Assembly (NCBI GenBank): GCA_963793865.1
Contig: CAWCBP010000004.1
Span: 32,001-96,000 of the forward strand
Direction: 5' to 3'
Length of the DNA stretch: 64,000 bases
DNA from: an uncultured delta proteobacterium
GTDB taxonomy: Bacteria; Desulfobacterota; WTBG01
The translations under genes were made by a program, and so were the position numbers. The notes under the pieces are model-generated. The model saw only the letters and a program-made list of their open reading frames with translations, was not told the DNA's origin and searched no databases. Each line of letters starts with the position of its first letter. Position 1 is the stretch's first letter. Of the stretch, positions 18,785 through 33,094 are shown one piece after another.

Positions 18785-20338
18785 ATGGGGATCATTGCTG
18801 ACAGCATCAAGGAAATGCAGGAGCGGGAAGCAAAGCTGAAGGAGATGGGCGGTGAAAAGGCCGTCGCCAGGCAGCATGAGCAGGGCAAGCTGAGTGCCCG
18901 GGAACGGCTGGAACTCCTCTTCGACGCCGGGAGCTTCAGGGAGCTGGATCTGTTTGTCACCCACCGCTGCGTCAATTTCGACATGCCCAACACCACCATC
19001 CCCTCCGACGGGGTCGTGACCGGCTACGGGCTGGTTGACGGCAGGACGGTGTTCGCCTTCTCTCAGGATTTCACGTCCCGCGCGGGCACCCTGGGTGAAA
19101 TGCAGTCCAAGAAGATCTGCAAGGTCATGGACCTGGCCATGAAAGCGGGGGTCCCCATCGTCGGCATGGACGACTCGGGCGGCGCCAGAATTCAGGAGGG
19201 GGTTGATGCCCTCTGCGGATACGGGGAGATCTTTTTCCGGAACTCCGCTGCATCCGGCGTGATCCCGCAGATAACCGCCATCATGGGGCCGACCGCGGGA
19301 GGCGCCGTGTATTCACCCGCCATGACCGACTGGATTTTCATGGTCAAGAACACCAGCTACATGTTCATTACCGGACCTGATGTGATCAAGGCGGTTACCG
19401 GGGAGGAGATCAGCCAGGAGGACCTGGGAGGCGCCATGGCCCACAACACCAGGAGCGGCGTCGCCCACTTTGCCTGCGAAAATGACCAGGATGCCATTCA
19501 GTCCATCAGGAAGCTGCTGAGCTACCTGCCTTCCAGCAACAAGAGCGCTCCGCCGGTAATCCAGACCGGTGACGATCCGGGGCGCACCGATCCCTTTCTG
19601 GATGAAGTCATTCCCGACGATCCCCGGAAGAGCTATGACATGAAGGACGTCATCAGCTCGCTGGTGGACAACGGCACGTTTTTTGAGCCCCATCAGCGCT
19701 ACGCTCCCAACATTGTCGTCTGCTTTGCCCGCCTCAACGGCCGGACAATCGGCATCATAGCCAACCAGCCCAAGTATCTGGCAGGCTGCCTTGATGTCAA
19801 CGCCTCCGACAAGGCGACCCGCTTCATCCGTTTCTGCGATGCCTTTAACATCCCCCTGCTGACCCTAACCGACGTGCCCGGCTATCTGCCCGGCCGTGAA
19901 CAGGAGTGGTCCGGCATCATCCGCCACGGGGCAAAACTGCTCTGGTGCTATTCCGAGGCCACCGTGCCCAAGCTCACCCTCATCACCCGCAAGGCGTACG
20001 GAGGGGCTTACATCGCCATGTGCAGCCGCCATCTCGGCGCCGACTTTGTCTTTGCCTGGCCGGGCGCCGAGATCGCGGTCATGGGCGCCGAGGGCGCAGC
20101 CAACATCATTCACCGCAGGGAGATCAAGGAGGCCGCCGACCCCCGGGCCAAGCGGGAGGAAAAAATAAGCGAGTACCGCCAGCTCTTTTCCAATCCGTAC
20201 ATAGCCGCTTCGCGCGGATACGTTGACGCGGTGATCAGGCCGCGGGATACCAGGCCCGCCCTCATCAGCGCGCTGGAATCAGTGGCGAACAAGAGGGAAA
20301 CCAGGCCGTATAAAAAGCACGGCAACATTCCGGTGTAG
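18785..20338 (+). CDS. Acyl-CoA carboxylase carboxyltransferase subunit (PccB/MmdA-like)
   Basis: DSGGARIQEG, GGAVYSPA, DVPGYLPG, RKAYGGAY, KKHGNIP. Confidence 0.95.
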   Translation: MGIIADSIKEMQEREAKLKEMGGEKAVARQHEQGKLSARERLELLFDAGSFRELDLFVTHRCVNFDMPNTTIPSDGVVTGYGLVDGRTVFAFSQDFTSRAGTLGEMQSKKICKVMDLAMKAGVPIVGMDDSGGARIQEGVDALCGYGEIFFRNSAASGVIPQITAIMGPTAGGAVYSPAMTDWIFMVKNTSYMFITGPDVIKAVTGEEISQEDLGGAMAHNTRSGVAHFACENDQDAIQSIRKLLSYLPSSNKSAPPVIQTGDDPGRTDPFLDEVIPDDPRKSYDMKDVISSLVDNGTFFEPHQRYAPNIVVCFARLNGRTIGIIANQPKYLAGCLDVNASDKATRFIRFCDAFNIPLLTLTDVPGYLPGREQEWSGIIRHGAKLLWCYSEATVPKLTLITRKAYGGAYIAMCSRHLGADFVFAWPGAEIAVMGAEGAANIIHRREIKEAADPRAKREEKISEYRQLFSNPYIAASRGYVDAVIRPRDTRPALISALESVANKRETRPYKKHGNIPV

Positions 20339-20341
20339 TCC

Positions 20342-20941
20342 ATGAACTGGGGAAAAACCTTACTGGTCCTGCTGGGGCTGATCGTTTTAAGCGGCTACCT
20401 GTACATCTTCGAAATCAGGGGGGGCGCGGAGAAAAAGCTCGCCGAGGAGCGGAAGAAGCAGGCCGAGTGGCGTAGCATGCAGCTCTTCCCCTACCAGCCT
20501 CACGAATTCAAAAAGATCACCCTTTTCAAGGAAGGCACCACCATTGTCTACGGGAAGGAAGACGGCGTGTGGTGGATGAAGGAACCCTTGGCCATCAAGG
20601 GCAGCGAACGGGCGGTGGATGATATCATTCTCAGCATATTGAACGTTGTTGAAACGGATCCCGCCGGAGACAATCCAACCGATCTTGCCCAGTTCGGGCT
20701 CGATGCCCCTCCCCTTTTTATTTCTGTTGTGCTCGAAGGCGAGGAGCGGCCGAAAACCCTTCTGCTGGGTACCGACAATCCCACTTCAGTCACCATCTAT
20801 GCCAAATGGGAGCATGAGCCGCGGGTGTTCCTGGTGGGGTCGCTCATCCGCTGGGAAATGAACAAGGAATTTCACAATCTCACCAACCGCACCGGCCCCT
20901 TTTTTCCTGACGCGAAAGCCGGCGAACCTGCCGGCAATTGA
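20342..20941 (+). CDS. DUF4340-like membrane-anchored protein
   Basis: N-terminal TM; WWM..P, FGLD.P, LLLG..NP...YAK pattern. Confidence 0.7.
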   Translation: MNWGKTLLVLLGLIVLSGYLYIFEIRGGAEKKLAEERKKQAEWRSMQLFPYQPHEFKKITLFKEGTTIVYGKEDGVWWMKEPLAIKGSERAVDDIILSILNVVETDPAGDNPTDLAQFGLDAPPLFISVVLEGEERPKTLLLGTDNPTSVTIYAKWEHEPRVFLVGSLIRWEMNKEFHNLTNRTGPFFPDAKAGEPAGN

Positions 20942-21040
20942 GTTATCGCACGTCCGGTGCAGGACATAAATTAATAGGGGCATATCATGAGGAGTTCTTC
21001 ATAGGTCATCACACTTTACACGCTATCACATTAACTAATT

Positions 21041-21068
21041 GTAGGGGCGACCGGCCGGTCGCCCCTAC
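21041..21068. repeat. Perfect 28-bp GTAG palindrome (REP family B)
   Basis: GTAGGGGCGACCGGCCGGTCGCCCCTAC; identical copy at 57487-57514. Confidence 0.9.
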
Positions 21069-21113
21069 GTTTATCTTCCTTTCATTAAGACCCACCTGAC
21101 ATGATCCGTTCTG

Positions 21114-21164
21114 GTAGGAGCACCATTCATGTGCGATGCATTCGCGGCTGAAAGCCGCTCCTAC
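21114..21164. repeat. REPIN, family A
   Basis: GTAGGAGCACC...TTCGCGGCTGAAAGCCGCTCCTAC. Confidence 0.8.
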
Positions 21165-21175
21165 CGGATTTCATT

Positions 21176-21253
21176 AAAGAGGGACGCCCTTAAATTTCTA
21201 AAATTTGATACCTTAATTTCCTCAAACTTAGATATTTAAAGGCGTCCCTTTTT
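21176..21253. repeat. Small inverted-repeat element (MITE-like; may also terminate mdh)
   Basis: AAAGAGGGACGCCCTTAAAT ... ATTTAAAGGCGTCCCTTTTT. Confidence 0.6.
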
Positions 21254-21284
21254 TTTCACAAGAAAGGTACCTGAAGCTTGCGGG

Positions 21285-22214
21285 TCAAAGCTTTAAGGAA
21301 GCGATGGTTTCTTCAATATCCCGTGCCGATTCTCTAATCAGCTCCTGCTCATCACCGGTGAGGGGAACCTCGAACACCTCCTCCACGCCGCGGGCACCCA
21401 GCTTCACCGGCACGCCGAAACAGATATTAGTGAAGCCGTACTCTCCCTCAAGATAAACGCAGCAGGGAAGCACTCGTTTCTTGTCCTTGAGAATGGCTTC
21501 CGCCATCCGAACCGCTGAGGCTGAGGGAGCGTAATAAGCGCTTCCTTCTTTAAGCAGCGAGACAATTTCTCCCCCTGCGTGCCGGGTACGGTTGACAAGC
21601 TGTTCAATTTTTTCCACCGAAAGCAGTCGGGTAAGAGGAATACCTCCGACCGTCGCATAACGGGGAAGCGGTACCATGCGGCTACCATGCCCTCCCAAAA
21701 CCAGCACCTGGATATCCTCCACGGAAACATTCAGCTCCATGGCAATAAATACCTTGAGACGCGCGGAATCAAGCACACCTGCCATGCCCACTATCCGGTT
21801 TCTGGGAAAACCGCTCACCGTCTTGGCCACATAGGTCATAATATCGAGCGGATTGCTCACCACGATGATGATGCAGTGGGGAGAGTGGGCGACTACCGCC
21901 TTGGTAACGGAGGAAACAATCTCCTTGTTGTGTTGCATCAGATCTTCCCTGCTCATGCCGTGGTTGCGGGCAAGTCCCGAGGTAATGATGACCAGGTCAG
22001 ACCCTGCGGTCTCGTCGTAGCCGGTGGTGCCGGTGATGGTCACATCGAATCCTTCCGTCGGCCTGGACTCCATAAGGTCAAGCGCCTTCCCCTGAGGCAT
22101 GCCATCGATGATGTCCACCAGAACGATATCACCCAGTTCTTTTTCCGCCGCCCAGTGGGCGGCGGTGGCCCCGACATTTCCTGCTCCCACGATGGTGATT
22201 TTTTTTCGTCCCAT
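21285..22214 (-). CDS. mdh: Malate dehydrogenase (LDH-like)
   Basis: GAGNVG, GMSREDL, VSNPLD, LDSAR, LGGHG, SAYYAP. Confidence 0.95.
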   Translation of the reverse strand: MGRKKITIVGAGNVGATAAHWAAEKELGDIVLVDIIDGMPQGKALDLMESRPTEGFDVTITGTTGYDETAGSDLVIITSGLARNHGMSREDLMQHNKEIVSSVTKAVVAHSPHCIIIVVSNPLDIMTYVAKTVSGFPRNRIVGMAGVLDSARLKVFIAMELNVSVEDIQVLVLGGHGSRMVPLPRYATVGGIPLTRLLSVEKIEQLVNRTRHAGGEIVSLLKEGSAYYAPSASAVRMAEAILKDKKRVLPCCVYLEGEYGFTNICFGVPVKLGARGVEEVFEVPLTGDEQELIRESARDIEETIASLKL

Positions 22215-22219
22215 AGAGG

Positions 22220-24010
22220 CTAGGAAGACTTGGGGGTGACGGTTCTGAGGTAGAGTTCCTGCAGCTGCTTGTCGCTTACCGCTGAAGGCGCGTCGGTCAA
22301 AAGGCAGGTCGCCTTCTGGGTTTTGGGAAAGGCAATGGCGTCCCTGATGGAATCAATGCCGCAGAGGAGCATGACCAGCCGGTCCAGGCCGAGCGCGATG
22401 CCGCCGTGCGGAGGAGCACCAAACTCCAGGGCATCGAGGAGAAAACCGAATTTGATGCGCGCCTCTTCTTCACCGATGGCCAGCGCCGAAAACATCGCCT
22501 GCTGCACCTCCCTGCGGTGAATCCGGATGCTGCCGCCCCCGACTTCATTGCCGTTTAAAACCAGGTCATAGGCCCGGGCCTTTACCCTCCCCGGCTCCGT
22601 CTGCAAATACACCATGTCCTCCTCAGCAGGAGACGTAAAGGGATGGTGAAGGGCCTCAAACCGTTTCTCCTCCTCATTGTACTCCAGCAGCGGAAAATCG
22701 GTAACCCAGAGCGGGCACCACTTCCCGCTGTCGATCAGGTTCAGCTTTTGCCCCAGGTGAAGCCGCAATTGTCCCAGGGCGGTGCAGGCAACCTTGGGTT
22801 TTGCGTCAGCAACCAGCAGCAGCAGATCCCCAACTTGACCGTCGAGTGCCTTCAGAAGGTTTGTCTTTTCAGCGTCTCCGAGAAATTTTGCCACCGGCGA
22901 TTGCAGTCCGTCGGCATTAACCTTGAACCATGCCAGGCCCTGGGCGCCATACACGCCGGCCAAGCCGGCCAGATCATCGAGTTCCTTGCGGGAAAACTCG
23001 GCGCATCCTTTGGCGTTGATTCCGAGAATAGCACCCCCGGCCGCTGCCTCCGCGAATACCTTAAATGAAGATGAGGCCAGGTGCGCGGTCAGATCGTTGA
23101 GTTCCAGACCGAAGCGGGCATCCGGCTTGTCCAGGCCGTAGCGGGAAAGGGCTTCCCGGTAGGTAAGCCGGGGAAAGGGAGAGGGAATGGTCAGCCCCTT
23201 CACCTCTTTAAAAAGCAGGACCAGCAGTCCCTCGATGAGCGAGTAGATGTCCTCCTCCCGGACGAAGGAAAGCTCCAGGTCAATCTGGGTGAACTCGGGC
23301 TGCCGGTCGGCGCGCAGGTCCTCATCGCGAAAACATTTCACCACCTGATAGTAGCGGTCAAAGCCGGAGACCATGAGCAACTGCTTAAACAGCTGCGGGG
23401 ACTGAGGTAACGCATAGAACCGGCCCGGATTAACCCGGCTGGGCACCAGGTAGTCCCGCGCCCCCTCCGGCGTACTCTTGGTGAGAAACGGCGTTTCCAC
23501 CTCGATAAAGCCCTGCTGATTGAAATAGTTCCGCGCCAGGTGCGCGATTTTATGGCGCGTCATGAGATTGCTTTGCAGCTCCGGCCTTCTCAGGTCAAGA
23601 TAGCGGTACTTGAGCCTGATATCCTCCGAAACTGTATGACGGGCGACAATTTCGAAGGGCGGGGTTTTGGATTCATTCAAAATGGTGAGCTCACCGGCCA
23701 GCACCTCGACTTCTCCCGTCTTCATGTTGGGATTGGCGGTTCCTTCGGGACGCGCCGCCACCCTGCCCTTCACGGCGATTACGTACTCATTGCGCAGGCT
23801 GTTTGCCTTGGCATGGGCCTCCGCGGCGACGGCGGGGTTGAAGGATATCTGAACAATCCCCTCACGGTCCCGCAAGTCGATGAAAATGAGACCACCGTGA
23901 TTTCTGCGGCTCTGGACCCACCCCATGAGCACCGCTTCCTTGCCGACATCGGTTGCCCGCACGTCTCCGCAGTAATGGCTTCTTTTTTCCTTACCCAGCG
24001 GCTCACTCAT
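22220..24010 (-). CDS. aspS: Aspartate-tRNA ligase (probably non-discriminating)
   Basis: [43 protein letters not shown]. His in RRNHGG is typical of ND-AspRS. ATG 24010 overlaps the moeA stop. Confidence 0.96.
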   Translation of the reverse strand: MSEPLGKEKRSHYCGDVRATDVGKEAVLMGWVQSRRNHGGLIFIDLRDREGIVQISFNPAVAAEAHAKANSLRNEYVIAVKGRVAARPEGTANPNMKTGEVEVLAGELTILNESKTPPFEIVARHTVSEDIRLKYRYLDLRRPELQSNLMTRHKIAHLARNYFNQQGFIEVETPFLTKSTPEGARDYLVPSRVNPGRFYALPQSPQLFKQLLMVSGFDRYYQVVKCFRDEDLRADRQPEFTQIDLELSFVREEDIYSLIEGLLVLLFKEVKGLTIPSPFPRLTYREALSRYGLDKPDARFGLELNDLTAHLASSSFKVFAEAAAGGAILGINAKGCAEFSRKELDDLAGLAGVYGAQGLAWFKVNADGLQSPVAKFLGDAEKTNLLKALDGQVGDLLLLVADAKPKVACTALGQLRLHLGQKLNLIDSGKWCPLWVTDFPLLEYNEEEKRFEALHHPFTSPAEEDMVYLQTEPGRVKARAYDLVLNGNEVGGGSIRIHRREVQQAMFSALAIGEEEARIKFGFLLDALEFGAPPHGGIALGLDRLVMLLCGIDSIRDAIAFPKTQKATCLLTDAPSAVSDKQLQELYLRTVTPKSS

Positions 24011-25244
24011 AGGCGGCCTTTTCACTCCATTCAAAATCACGGTTGAGCACCTGAACCTTGACCACGGTCCCCGCGGCAAAATCCGTTTTCGTTTCCGGCA
24101 AAACTATCAGGCCATCGGCCTTCACCATTGAAAGCAGGATGCCCGACCCCTGCCCGCCGGTGGTGGTGACCGCGTACGCTCCATCCTCAACGCTTATGCA
24201 GCAGCGCAGAAAATAACGCTTGCCCTCTTTTTTGCTTATGGGCTCCTTCAGGCGCGCCTCAATCAGCGGCCGGAAAATACGAGTATGACCGCTCGCCTTC
24301 ATGATCGACGGCCGGACAAACTGCTCAAATGAAATCATGCAGGACACCGGGTTGCCGGGAAGCCCGAAGCTCGGCTTTCCGCCTATGACCCCGAAGGCGA
24401 GCGGCTGCCCGGGCCGCATGCTGACCTTCCAGAACTTCATATCCGCCCCCAGCTCGCGCAGCATGTCCTTGACCAGGTCATAGTCGCCGACCGACACTCC
24501 GCCGGAGGAAATAATCATATCCGCTGCCAGCGCCGCCCGGAATATGCTTCGTAAGGCTTCCGGATTATCTTTGGCTATGCCAAGCACCAGCGGCTCAGCT
24601 CCCGCATCCTTCACCAGCGATGCCAGGGAGTAAGTGTTGCTGCCGACTATCTTTCCCGGGGTGAGTTCCCCGTCCACGTCAATCAGCTCATCACCGGTGG
24701 AAATGACCGCAACCGTCGGACGCCGGAAGACGGAGATCATCGAACGTTTCAGCGAGGACAGCATGCCTACCGCCGCGGGGCGGAGAATCGATCCTCGGGA
24801 GAGGACACGGCTTCCTTTCACGACGTCTTCACCCGCCCTGCGGATATGTTCCCCGCGGGCAGGCGCGTTGAAAATGCTGACCCGGTTTCCTTCCGCCCGG
24901 GTGTCCTCCACCATGACCACCGTATCGCATCCCTGAGGGATGGGGGCCCCGGTCATAATGCGTATGGTTTCGCCCCGGGAGATCGGTTTCTGAGCGGTGT
25001 ACCCCGCGGGGAGATCCCCCACAACGGTGAGTACCGCGGGATTCCGGCGGGAGGCCCCTTCAATATCCCCGTGAATCACCGCGTAGCCGTCCATGGCGGA
25101 ATTGTCCCAGGGAGGTATGCTGTAAGGGGCATGGACATCCTCGCCGAGCACCCTGCCCAGGGAATCGAGGATATGCACCCGCTCCAGACCCAGCACCGGA
25201 ATTGCATCCAGGATAATAGTGAGGGCTTCGTCAACTGATATCAT
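24003..25244 (-). CDS. moeA: Molybdopterin molybdotransferase
   Basis: [34 protein letters not shown]. Confidence 0.95.
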   Translation of the reverse strand: MISVDEALTIILDAIPVLGLERVHILDSLGRVLGEDVHAPYSIPPWDNSAMDGYAVIHGDIEGASRRNPAVLTVVGDLPAGYTAQKPISRGETIRIMTGAPIPQGCDTVVMVEDTRAEGNRVSIFNAPARGEHIRRAGEDVVKGSRVLSRGSILRPAAVGMLSSLKRSMISVFRRPTVAVISTGDELIDVDGELTPGKIVGSNTYSLASLVKDAGAEPLVLGIAKDNPEALRSIFRAALAADMIISSGGVSVGDYDLVKDMLRELGADMKFWKVSMRPGQPLAFGVIGGKPSFGLPGNPVSCMISFEQFVRPSIMKASGHTRIFRPLIEARLKEPISKKEGKRYFLRCCISVEDGAYAVTTTGGQGSGILLSMVKADGLIVLPETKTDFAAGTVVKVQVLNRDFEWSEKAAYE

Positions 25245-25309
25245 AATGTATGAGTGTCCAAATTAGGATAATACCCTTTTGATGCCAGCCAAACAGATTT
25301 GAAATCTCC

Positions 25310-25359
25310 GTAGGAGCGCCTTCAGGCGCGATTCATTCGCGGCTGAAAGCCGCTCCTAC
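25310..25359. repeat. REPIN, family A
   Basis: GTAGGAGCGCCTTCAGGCGCGA..TTCGCGGCTGAAAGCCGCTCCTAC. Confidence 0.85.
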
Positions 25360-25418
25360 CGGTTACAACTATTTTTGAGAGAAGAATTCTTACATAGCAT
25401 TCGTTCCGTCCGCATTCC

Positions 25419-26333
25419 CTATCTTCTCCGCTTGGCCGGGAAAATCTTTTCCCAGTAAATGACCAGCGGGCCGGCAATGTATATCGTGGAGTAGGTGCCG
25501 AAGAAACAGCCGACCAGCAGGCTGAAGGCAAAGTCGTGGATCACCTCGCCGCCCAGGAAATAAAGGGAAAAGAGCACAATGATCACCGTCAAATTGGTGA
25601 GGATGGTCCTGCTGAAGGTCTGATTGATGCTGGTGTTGATGATCTCCGGCAGTCCCTTATGGGACATCTTCTTCAAATTTTCACGGATCCGGTCACAGAC
25701 GACGATGGTGTCATTAATCGAGTACCCGACAATAGTGAGCAGGGCGGCAACAATGATCAGGTCAATGGGCTTATTGAAGATCGAGAGGGCGCCCACGGTT
25801 ATGGTCACGTCGTGGAAAAGGCAGAGCACTCCGCCCACACCGAAGCGGAGCTCAAACCGCCACCAGATATAGATGAGCATTCCGATAAGGGAAAAGATGA
25901 CGGCGAGCGTTCCCTTCTTCCTCAGGTCCTGCCCGACCTTCGGCCCCACCATTTCCACCCGCCGTATTTCCATGGATTCGGCGCCGAACCTGCTTTGCAG
26001 GGTCTCCCGTACCGTATCGGCAATGCCCTCCAGCGCCTCGGATGTCTTTTTCATGCCGATGATGAACTCATGCGTTCCTTTTTCGCCGAACTCCTGGACG
26101 CTCACATTCTCGATGTTGAGGCCGCTCACCGCATCCCGCACCGCCCCGATATCGACCTCCTTGGAAAATTTCACCTGCACCAGGGTTCCTCCCTCAAAGT
26201 CCAGCCCGTAGCGCGGCCCTCCTTTTACCACCAGTGAGATCACGCTGATTGCCATCAGGGCAATCGAGAAAAGGAGCGCCCACTTTATTTTACCTATAAA
26301 ATCGATGTTCATCGTCGACTTAAACAGTTCCAT
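25419..26333 (-). CDS. secF: Protein translocase subunit SecF
   Basis: GLDFEGG, VGPKVG, GYSINDTIVV.DRIRE, RTI.T. Confidence 0.96.
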   Translation of the reverse strand: MELFKSTMNIDFIGKIKWALLFSIALMAISVISLVVKGGPRYGLDFEGGTLVQVKFSKEVDIGAVRDAVSGLNIENVSVQEFGEKGTHEFIIGMKKTSEALEGIADTVRETLQSRFGAESMEIRRVEMVGPKVGQDLRKKGTLAVIFSLIGMLIYIWWRFELRFGVGGVLCLFHDVTITVGALSIFNKPIDLIIVAALLTIVGYSINDTIVVCDRIRENLKKMSHKGLPEIINTSINQTFSRTILTNLTVIIVLFSLYFLGGEVIHDFAFSLLVGCFFGTYSTIYIAGPLVIYWEKIFPAKRRR

Positions 26334-26390
26334 ATCCCTTTCCTTTTAGCCATGTGAGGTGAGAGACAGCATTGCTCCGTAACGCCCTGA

Positions 26391-27986
<1,596 letters not shown>

Positions 27987-28004
27987 GAGCGTGCTCCCTC
28001 ACAA

Positions 28005-28331
28005 TTACTGTTTCTTTTTGCGCTCAGGCGCGCTGGCTATCTGACCCTTGGAAACCCTGACCCGGACCTTATCGGCTATTTCCAGGGTAACAACAGCATC
28101 TTCTACGCCCGTAATCCTGCCATGAATCCCGCCCGAGGTCACCACCGCGTCCCCCGTTTTGAGGCTGTCCAGAAAATTCCGGTGATCCTTGGCCTTCTTT
28201 TGCTGCGGCCGCAGCAGCAGAAAGTAAAAAATGACAAAGATGAGAATCAGCGGCACAAAGGCGGTAAAACCCTGGGCACCCCCGCCTCCGCCCCCCTGTG
28301 GGGCCATAGCATGAGCAAGTTGTGTAAACAT
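28005..28331 (-). CDS. yajC: Preprotein translocase subunit YajC
   Basis: FYFLLLRPQQK, GD.VVTSGGIHG; tgt-yajC-secD synteny. Confidence 0.95.
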   Translation of the reverse strand: MFTQLAHAMAPQGGGGGGAQGFTAFVPLILIFVIFYFLLLRPQQKKAKDHRNFLDSLKTGDAVVTSGGIHGRITGVEDAVVTLEIADKVRVRVSKGQIASAPERKKKQ

Positions 28332-28354
28332 CGTTCCTCCTTGTTTTAAAATTC

Positions 28355-29578
<1,224 letters not shown>

Positions 29579-30628
29579 CTATATAATTATCATCGCGTCG
29601 CCATAGCTGAAAAAGCGGTAGCCCTGCTCCACAGCCTCACGGTACGCCTGAAAGATAAAGTCATTGCCGGCGAACGCCGCCACCAGCATTAGCAGGGTGG
29701 AACGGGGGAGATGAAAATTGGTAACCAGGGTATCCACGGCTTTAAATCGGTAGCCCGGATAAATGAAAAGGTCCGTCTGACCCTCGCCCCGTTTTATGGA
29801 TCCGTCTTCCATCACCGCCGCTTCAAGGGAGCGCACGGCGGTGGTTCCCACGCACACCACTCTTTTTTTTTGCCGCCTCGCCCCGTCAAGGGCCCCGGCC
29901 ACCGCGGCGGGCACGGCGTATCGTTCGCGGTGCATGCGGTGCTCTTCGATCTGTTCCTCCCGCACCGGCTGAAAGGTGCCCCACCCCACATCAAGGGTAA
30001 GAAAGAGCACGTTCACCCCCTTCTCCCTGATCCGGTTGAGCAGCCTCTCGGTGAAATGCAGCCCCGCGGTCGGGGCCGCCACCGCTCCCTCGGAGCGGGC
30101 ATAGACCGTTTGATAGCGTTCCCGGTCAAGACCGTCGTCCCGCAGGGAGTGGTCACGCTTGATGTAGGGGGGAAGCGGCATCCATCCGGCCTGCCTGAGC
30201 GCGTCCTTCACCTTTCCCTCGCAGGTAAACCTGACCGCGTATCCATCTTCCATCTCTTCCATGATTTCCGCGGCCAGGGATCCCCGGATCAGGATCCTCG
30301 CCCCGGAGCGCGGTTTCTTGCTGCAGGAGACCAGGCAATGCCAGACCGATTCATGGTCGCTCCCGTTGGAAAGGTGCCGGAGGAGAAACACTTCCGCCCT
30401 GCCGCCGGTCTCTTTTTTCCCCAGCAACCGGGCAGGGATAACCCTGGCGTCGTTTAAAACCAGCACATCCCCTTCCTGAAGATAATCGGTTATCTCAAAG
30501 AACAAACGGTGTTCAATGCGCCTGTCTCTCCGGTGCAAAATCATCAGCCGGGAGTGATCGCGCTTTTCTGCCGGGTGCTGTGCAACCAGTTCCGGTGGAA
30601 GATCATAATCGAATTCCCGTATATGCAT
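29579..30628 (-). CDS. queA: S-adenosylmethionine:tRNA ribosyltransferase-isomerase
   Basis: PLPPYIKR, YQTVYA, AAPTAGLHF, TNFHLP.STL, FFSYGDAM. Confidence 0.96.
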   Translation of the reverse strand: MHIREFDYDLPPELVAQHPAEKRDHSRLMILHRRDRRIEHRLFFEITDYLQEGDVLVLNDARVIPARLLGKKETGGRAEVFLLRHLSNGSDHESVWHCLVSCSKKPRSGARILIRGSLAAEIMEEMEDGYAVRFTCEGKVKDALRQAGWMPLPPYIKRDHSLRDDGLDRERYQTVYARSEGAVAAPTAGLHFTERLLNRIREKGVNVLFLTLDVGWGTFQPVREEQIEEHRMHRERYAVPAAVAGALDGARRQKKRVVCVGTTAVRSLEAAVMEDGSIKRGEGQTDLFIYPGYRFKAVDTLVTNFHLPRSTLLMLVAAFAGNDFIFQAYREAVEQGYRFFSYGDAMIII

Positions 30629-30805
30629 GAAAGCCCGTTAAAAATGGGATTATAAAACTGTTTCTTATACAAAGGTTTCTATCATTTGTCAAGGTTTTTG
30701 GGCAAGCGGCCGCCTGTGCGCCATGATTCTCCGGAACCGCCCTGATCCTGTAAAAATACCCTTCTGAAAATCTTTGTATCCCAATTGATTATTTATCAGC
30801 CGGCC

Positions 30806-30863
30806 TTGACATTCGTTTGATAATATTGTAGGTTTTGATTATTAAATAAGAACAATTCTTATC
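30806..30863 (+). promoter_or_regulatory. Promoter with Fur/PerR-type operator
   Basis: TTGACA at 30806, TAGGTT 17 bp later, then perfect inverted repeat ATAAGAA-caa-TTCTTAT (30846-30862) before the perR-like ATG. Confidence 0.6.
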
Positions 30864-30879
30864 ACAAGGCAATCCGGCC

Positions 30880-31341
30880 ATGAAAGACAAAAGCCCTGAT
30901 GTGCAAAATAAGATAAACGAGTTTGAAAAAATATGCAGGTCCAATGGACTTAAACTGACCCACCAGCGCATACAAATCTTTTCCGAACTTGCCTCATCCT
31001 CGGAGCATCCCTCGGCGGAAAGCATCTATACAAGGCTCATATCCCGTTATCCCTCCTTGTCGCTGGACACGGTCTACCGCACACTGTTCACGTTCGAAAA
31101 GCTCGGTATTATATCCAAAGTGCAGGCACTCGATGACCGGGCCCGGTTTGACGGAAACCCTTTACCTCACCATCATATGGTCTGCACCAGGTGTAAAAAC
31201 ATCATTGACTTTTACTGGCCGGCTTTTGACGATATGCAGCAGCCGTATGAGACAAAAAAATGGGGCCGCGTTAAATCCATACAGGTGGAATTGAGGGGGG
31301 TGTGCGACAGCTGCATGGAAGCAGAGAACAAGGGCAAATAA
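30880..31341 (+). CDS. Fur-family regulator, PerR-like
   Basis: LT.QR, HPSAE, TVYRTL, RFD....HHH..C..C, C-terminal CxxC; lies upstream of catalase. Confidence 0.9.
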   Translation: MKDKSPDVQNKINEFEKICRSNGLKLTHQRIQIFSELASSSEHPSAESIYTRLISRYPSLSLDTVYRTLFTFEKLGIISKVQALDDRARFDGNPLPHHHMVCTRCKNIIDFYWPAFDDMQQPYETKKWGRVKSIQVELRGVCDSCMEAENKGK

Positions 31342-31406
31342 AACATATGTTCCGCATCAAACCCCATACCCCTTCGAGCCACCACGAATCATAAAAATCT
31401 ATGATT

Positions 31407-31445
31407 CCCCTCTCCCCACCGGGGGAGAGGGTTAGGGTGAGGGGG
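31407..31445. repeat. Palindromic intergenic repeat (CCCTCACCCTAACCCTCTCCC-type)
   Basis: CCCCTCTCCCCACCGGGGGAGAGGGTTAGGGTGAGGGGG. Confidence 0.65.
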
Positions 31446-31502
31446 TATTGAAAGTCTATTTTCGAATCAATATAATTGAACAAAGCAGAAAGGAGGAGAC
31501 GC

Positions 31503-32972
31503 ATGAAAGATGACAAGAAGAAAAAGAAACTGACCACCAATGCCGGCGCGCCGGTGGTTGACAATCAGAACACCATGACCGCCGGGCCGCGGGGGCCGGT
31601 GCTGCTGCAGGATGTCTGGTACCTGGAAAAAATGTCCCACTTTGACCGGGAGGTGATCCCCGAGCGGCGGATGCATGCCAAGGGCTCCGGGGCCTTCGGC
31701 ACCTTTACCGTCACCCACGACATCACCAAATATACCAGGGCCAAGATTTTCTCCAAGGTGGGAAAGAAAACCGAGTACTTCACCCGCTTCTCCACCGTGG
31801 CCGGTGAGCGCGGGGCGGCCGATGCCGAACGGGACATCCGCGGATTCGCGATCAAATTTTACACCGAGGAAGGAAACTGGGACCTGGTGGGAAACAACAC
31901 CCCGGTGTTTTTCCTGCGCGATCCGCTCAAGTTTCCCGATCTCAACCACGCCGTAAAGCGTGACCCGCGGACCAACATGCGAAGCGCCAAAAACAACTGG
32001 GACTTCTGGACCTCGCTACCCGAGGCGCTGCACCAGGTCACCATCGTCATGAGCGACCGGGGCATTCCCGCCACCTACCGTCACATGCACGGCTTCGGCA
32101 GCCATACCTTCAGTCTTATCAATGCCAAAAACCAGCGCTTCTGGGTCAAGTTTCACTTTAAAACGCAGCAGGGCATCAAGAACTTCACTGATGAAGAGGC
32201 CGCCGCGGTCATCGGTACCTGCCGGGAAAGCCACCAGCGTGATCTTTATGAGAGTATCGAAAAGGGCGACTTCCCCAGGTGGACCATGTATATTCAGGTG
32301 ATGCCGGAAGACGAAGCGGACAAATTCTCTTATAACCCTTTTGATCTTACCAAGGTGTGGTACCACAAGGATTATCCCTTGATCGAGGTCGGCGAACTGG
32401 AGCTGCACCGCAACCCCGACAACTATTTCGCCGAGGTTGAGCAGGCGGCATTCAATCCCGCGGTCATCGTTCCCGGCATCGGTTTTTCGCCCGACAAGAT
32501 GCTCCAGGGAAGGCTGTTTTCCTACCACGATACCCAGATCTACCGGCTCGGGGTCAACCACCATCTCATCCCGGTCAATGCCGCCCGCTGCCCGTTTCAC
32601 AGCTACCATCGCGACGGTCAAATGCGGGTGGACGGCAATCACGGCAGCACGCTGGCCTACGAGCCGAACAGTTACGGGGAGTGGCAGCAGCAGCCGGAAT
32701 ATGCCGAACCGCCTCTCAAATTAAAGGGAGCTGCCGACCACTGGAATTTCCGTGAAGACGATAGTGATTACTACACCCAGCCGGGCAAGCTCTTCCGCCT
32801 GATGAACGCGAAGGGGCAAAAGGCCCTCTTCGGCAACACCGGCCGGGCCATGGGGGATGCCCCGAAGGAAGTCAAGATCCGACACATCGGCAACTGCCTG
32901 AAGGCCGATCCCGCCTACGGCAAGGGCGTGGCCGACGCGCTGGGTATCAAGCTGAGCGAAATACCCAAATAA
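31503..32972 (+). CDS. katA: Monofunctional heme catalase (small subunit)
   Basis: [43 protein letters not shown] before ATG 31503. Confidence 0.96.
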   Translation: MKDDKKKKKLTTNAGAPVVDNQNTMTAGPRGPVLLQDVWYLEKMSHFDREVIPERRMHAKGSGAFGTFTVTHDITKYTRAKIFSKVGKKTEYFTRFSTVAGERGAADAERDIRGFAIKFYTEEGNWDLVGNNTPVFFLRDPLKFPDLNHAVKRDPRTNMRSAKNNWDFWTSLPEALHQVTIVMSDRGIPATYRHMHGFGSHTFSLINAKNQRFWVKFHFKTQQGIKNFTDEEAAAVIGTCRESHQRDLYESIEKGDFPRWTMYIQVMPEDEADKFSYNPFDLTKVWYHKDYPLIEVGELELHRNPDNYFAEVEQAAFNPAVIVPGIGFSPDKMLQGRLFSYHDTQIYRLGVNHHLIPVNAARCPFHSYHRDGQMRVDGNHGSTLAYEPNSYGEWQQQPEYAEPPLKLKGAADHWNFREDDSDYYTQPGKLFRLMNAKGQKALFGNTGRAMGDAPKEVKIRHIGNCLKADPAYGKGVADALGIKLSEIPK

Positions 32973-32994
32973 GGATTTAATCTGAACGCAGCTT

Positions 32995-33054
32995 ATGCGG
33001 CCATGACAGAGCATGGCCCTCCATCATCAACGTCATCCGGCGACTTGATCGCAG
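32995..33054. repeat. Composite palindromic repeat (family C)
   Basis: ATGCGGCCATGACAGAGCATGGCCCTCCATCATCAA..GTCATCC.GCGACTTGATCGCAG; near-identical at 49961-50021, related at 57527-57588. Confidence 0.8.
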
Positions 33055-33094
33055 TTTAATATATATCAGCCGGACAGCAAAGGGGAGAAGCGCC

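Noticed and set aside
21041..21253. Clustered palindromes as a possible CRISPR array or attC cassette array
   Set aside because: Three different repeat families with no constant repeat-spacer period, and no cas or integrase gene.
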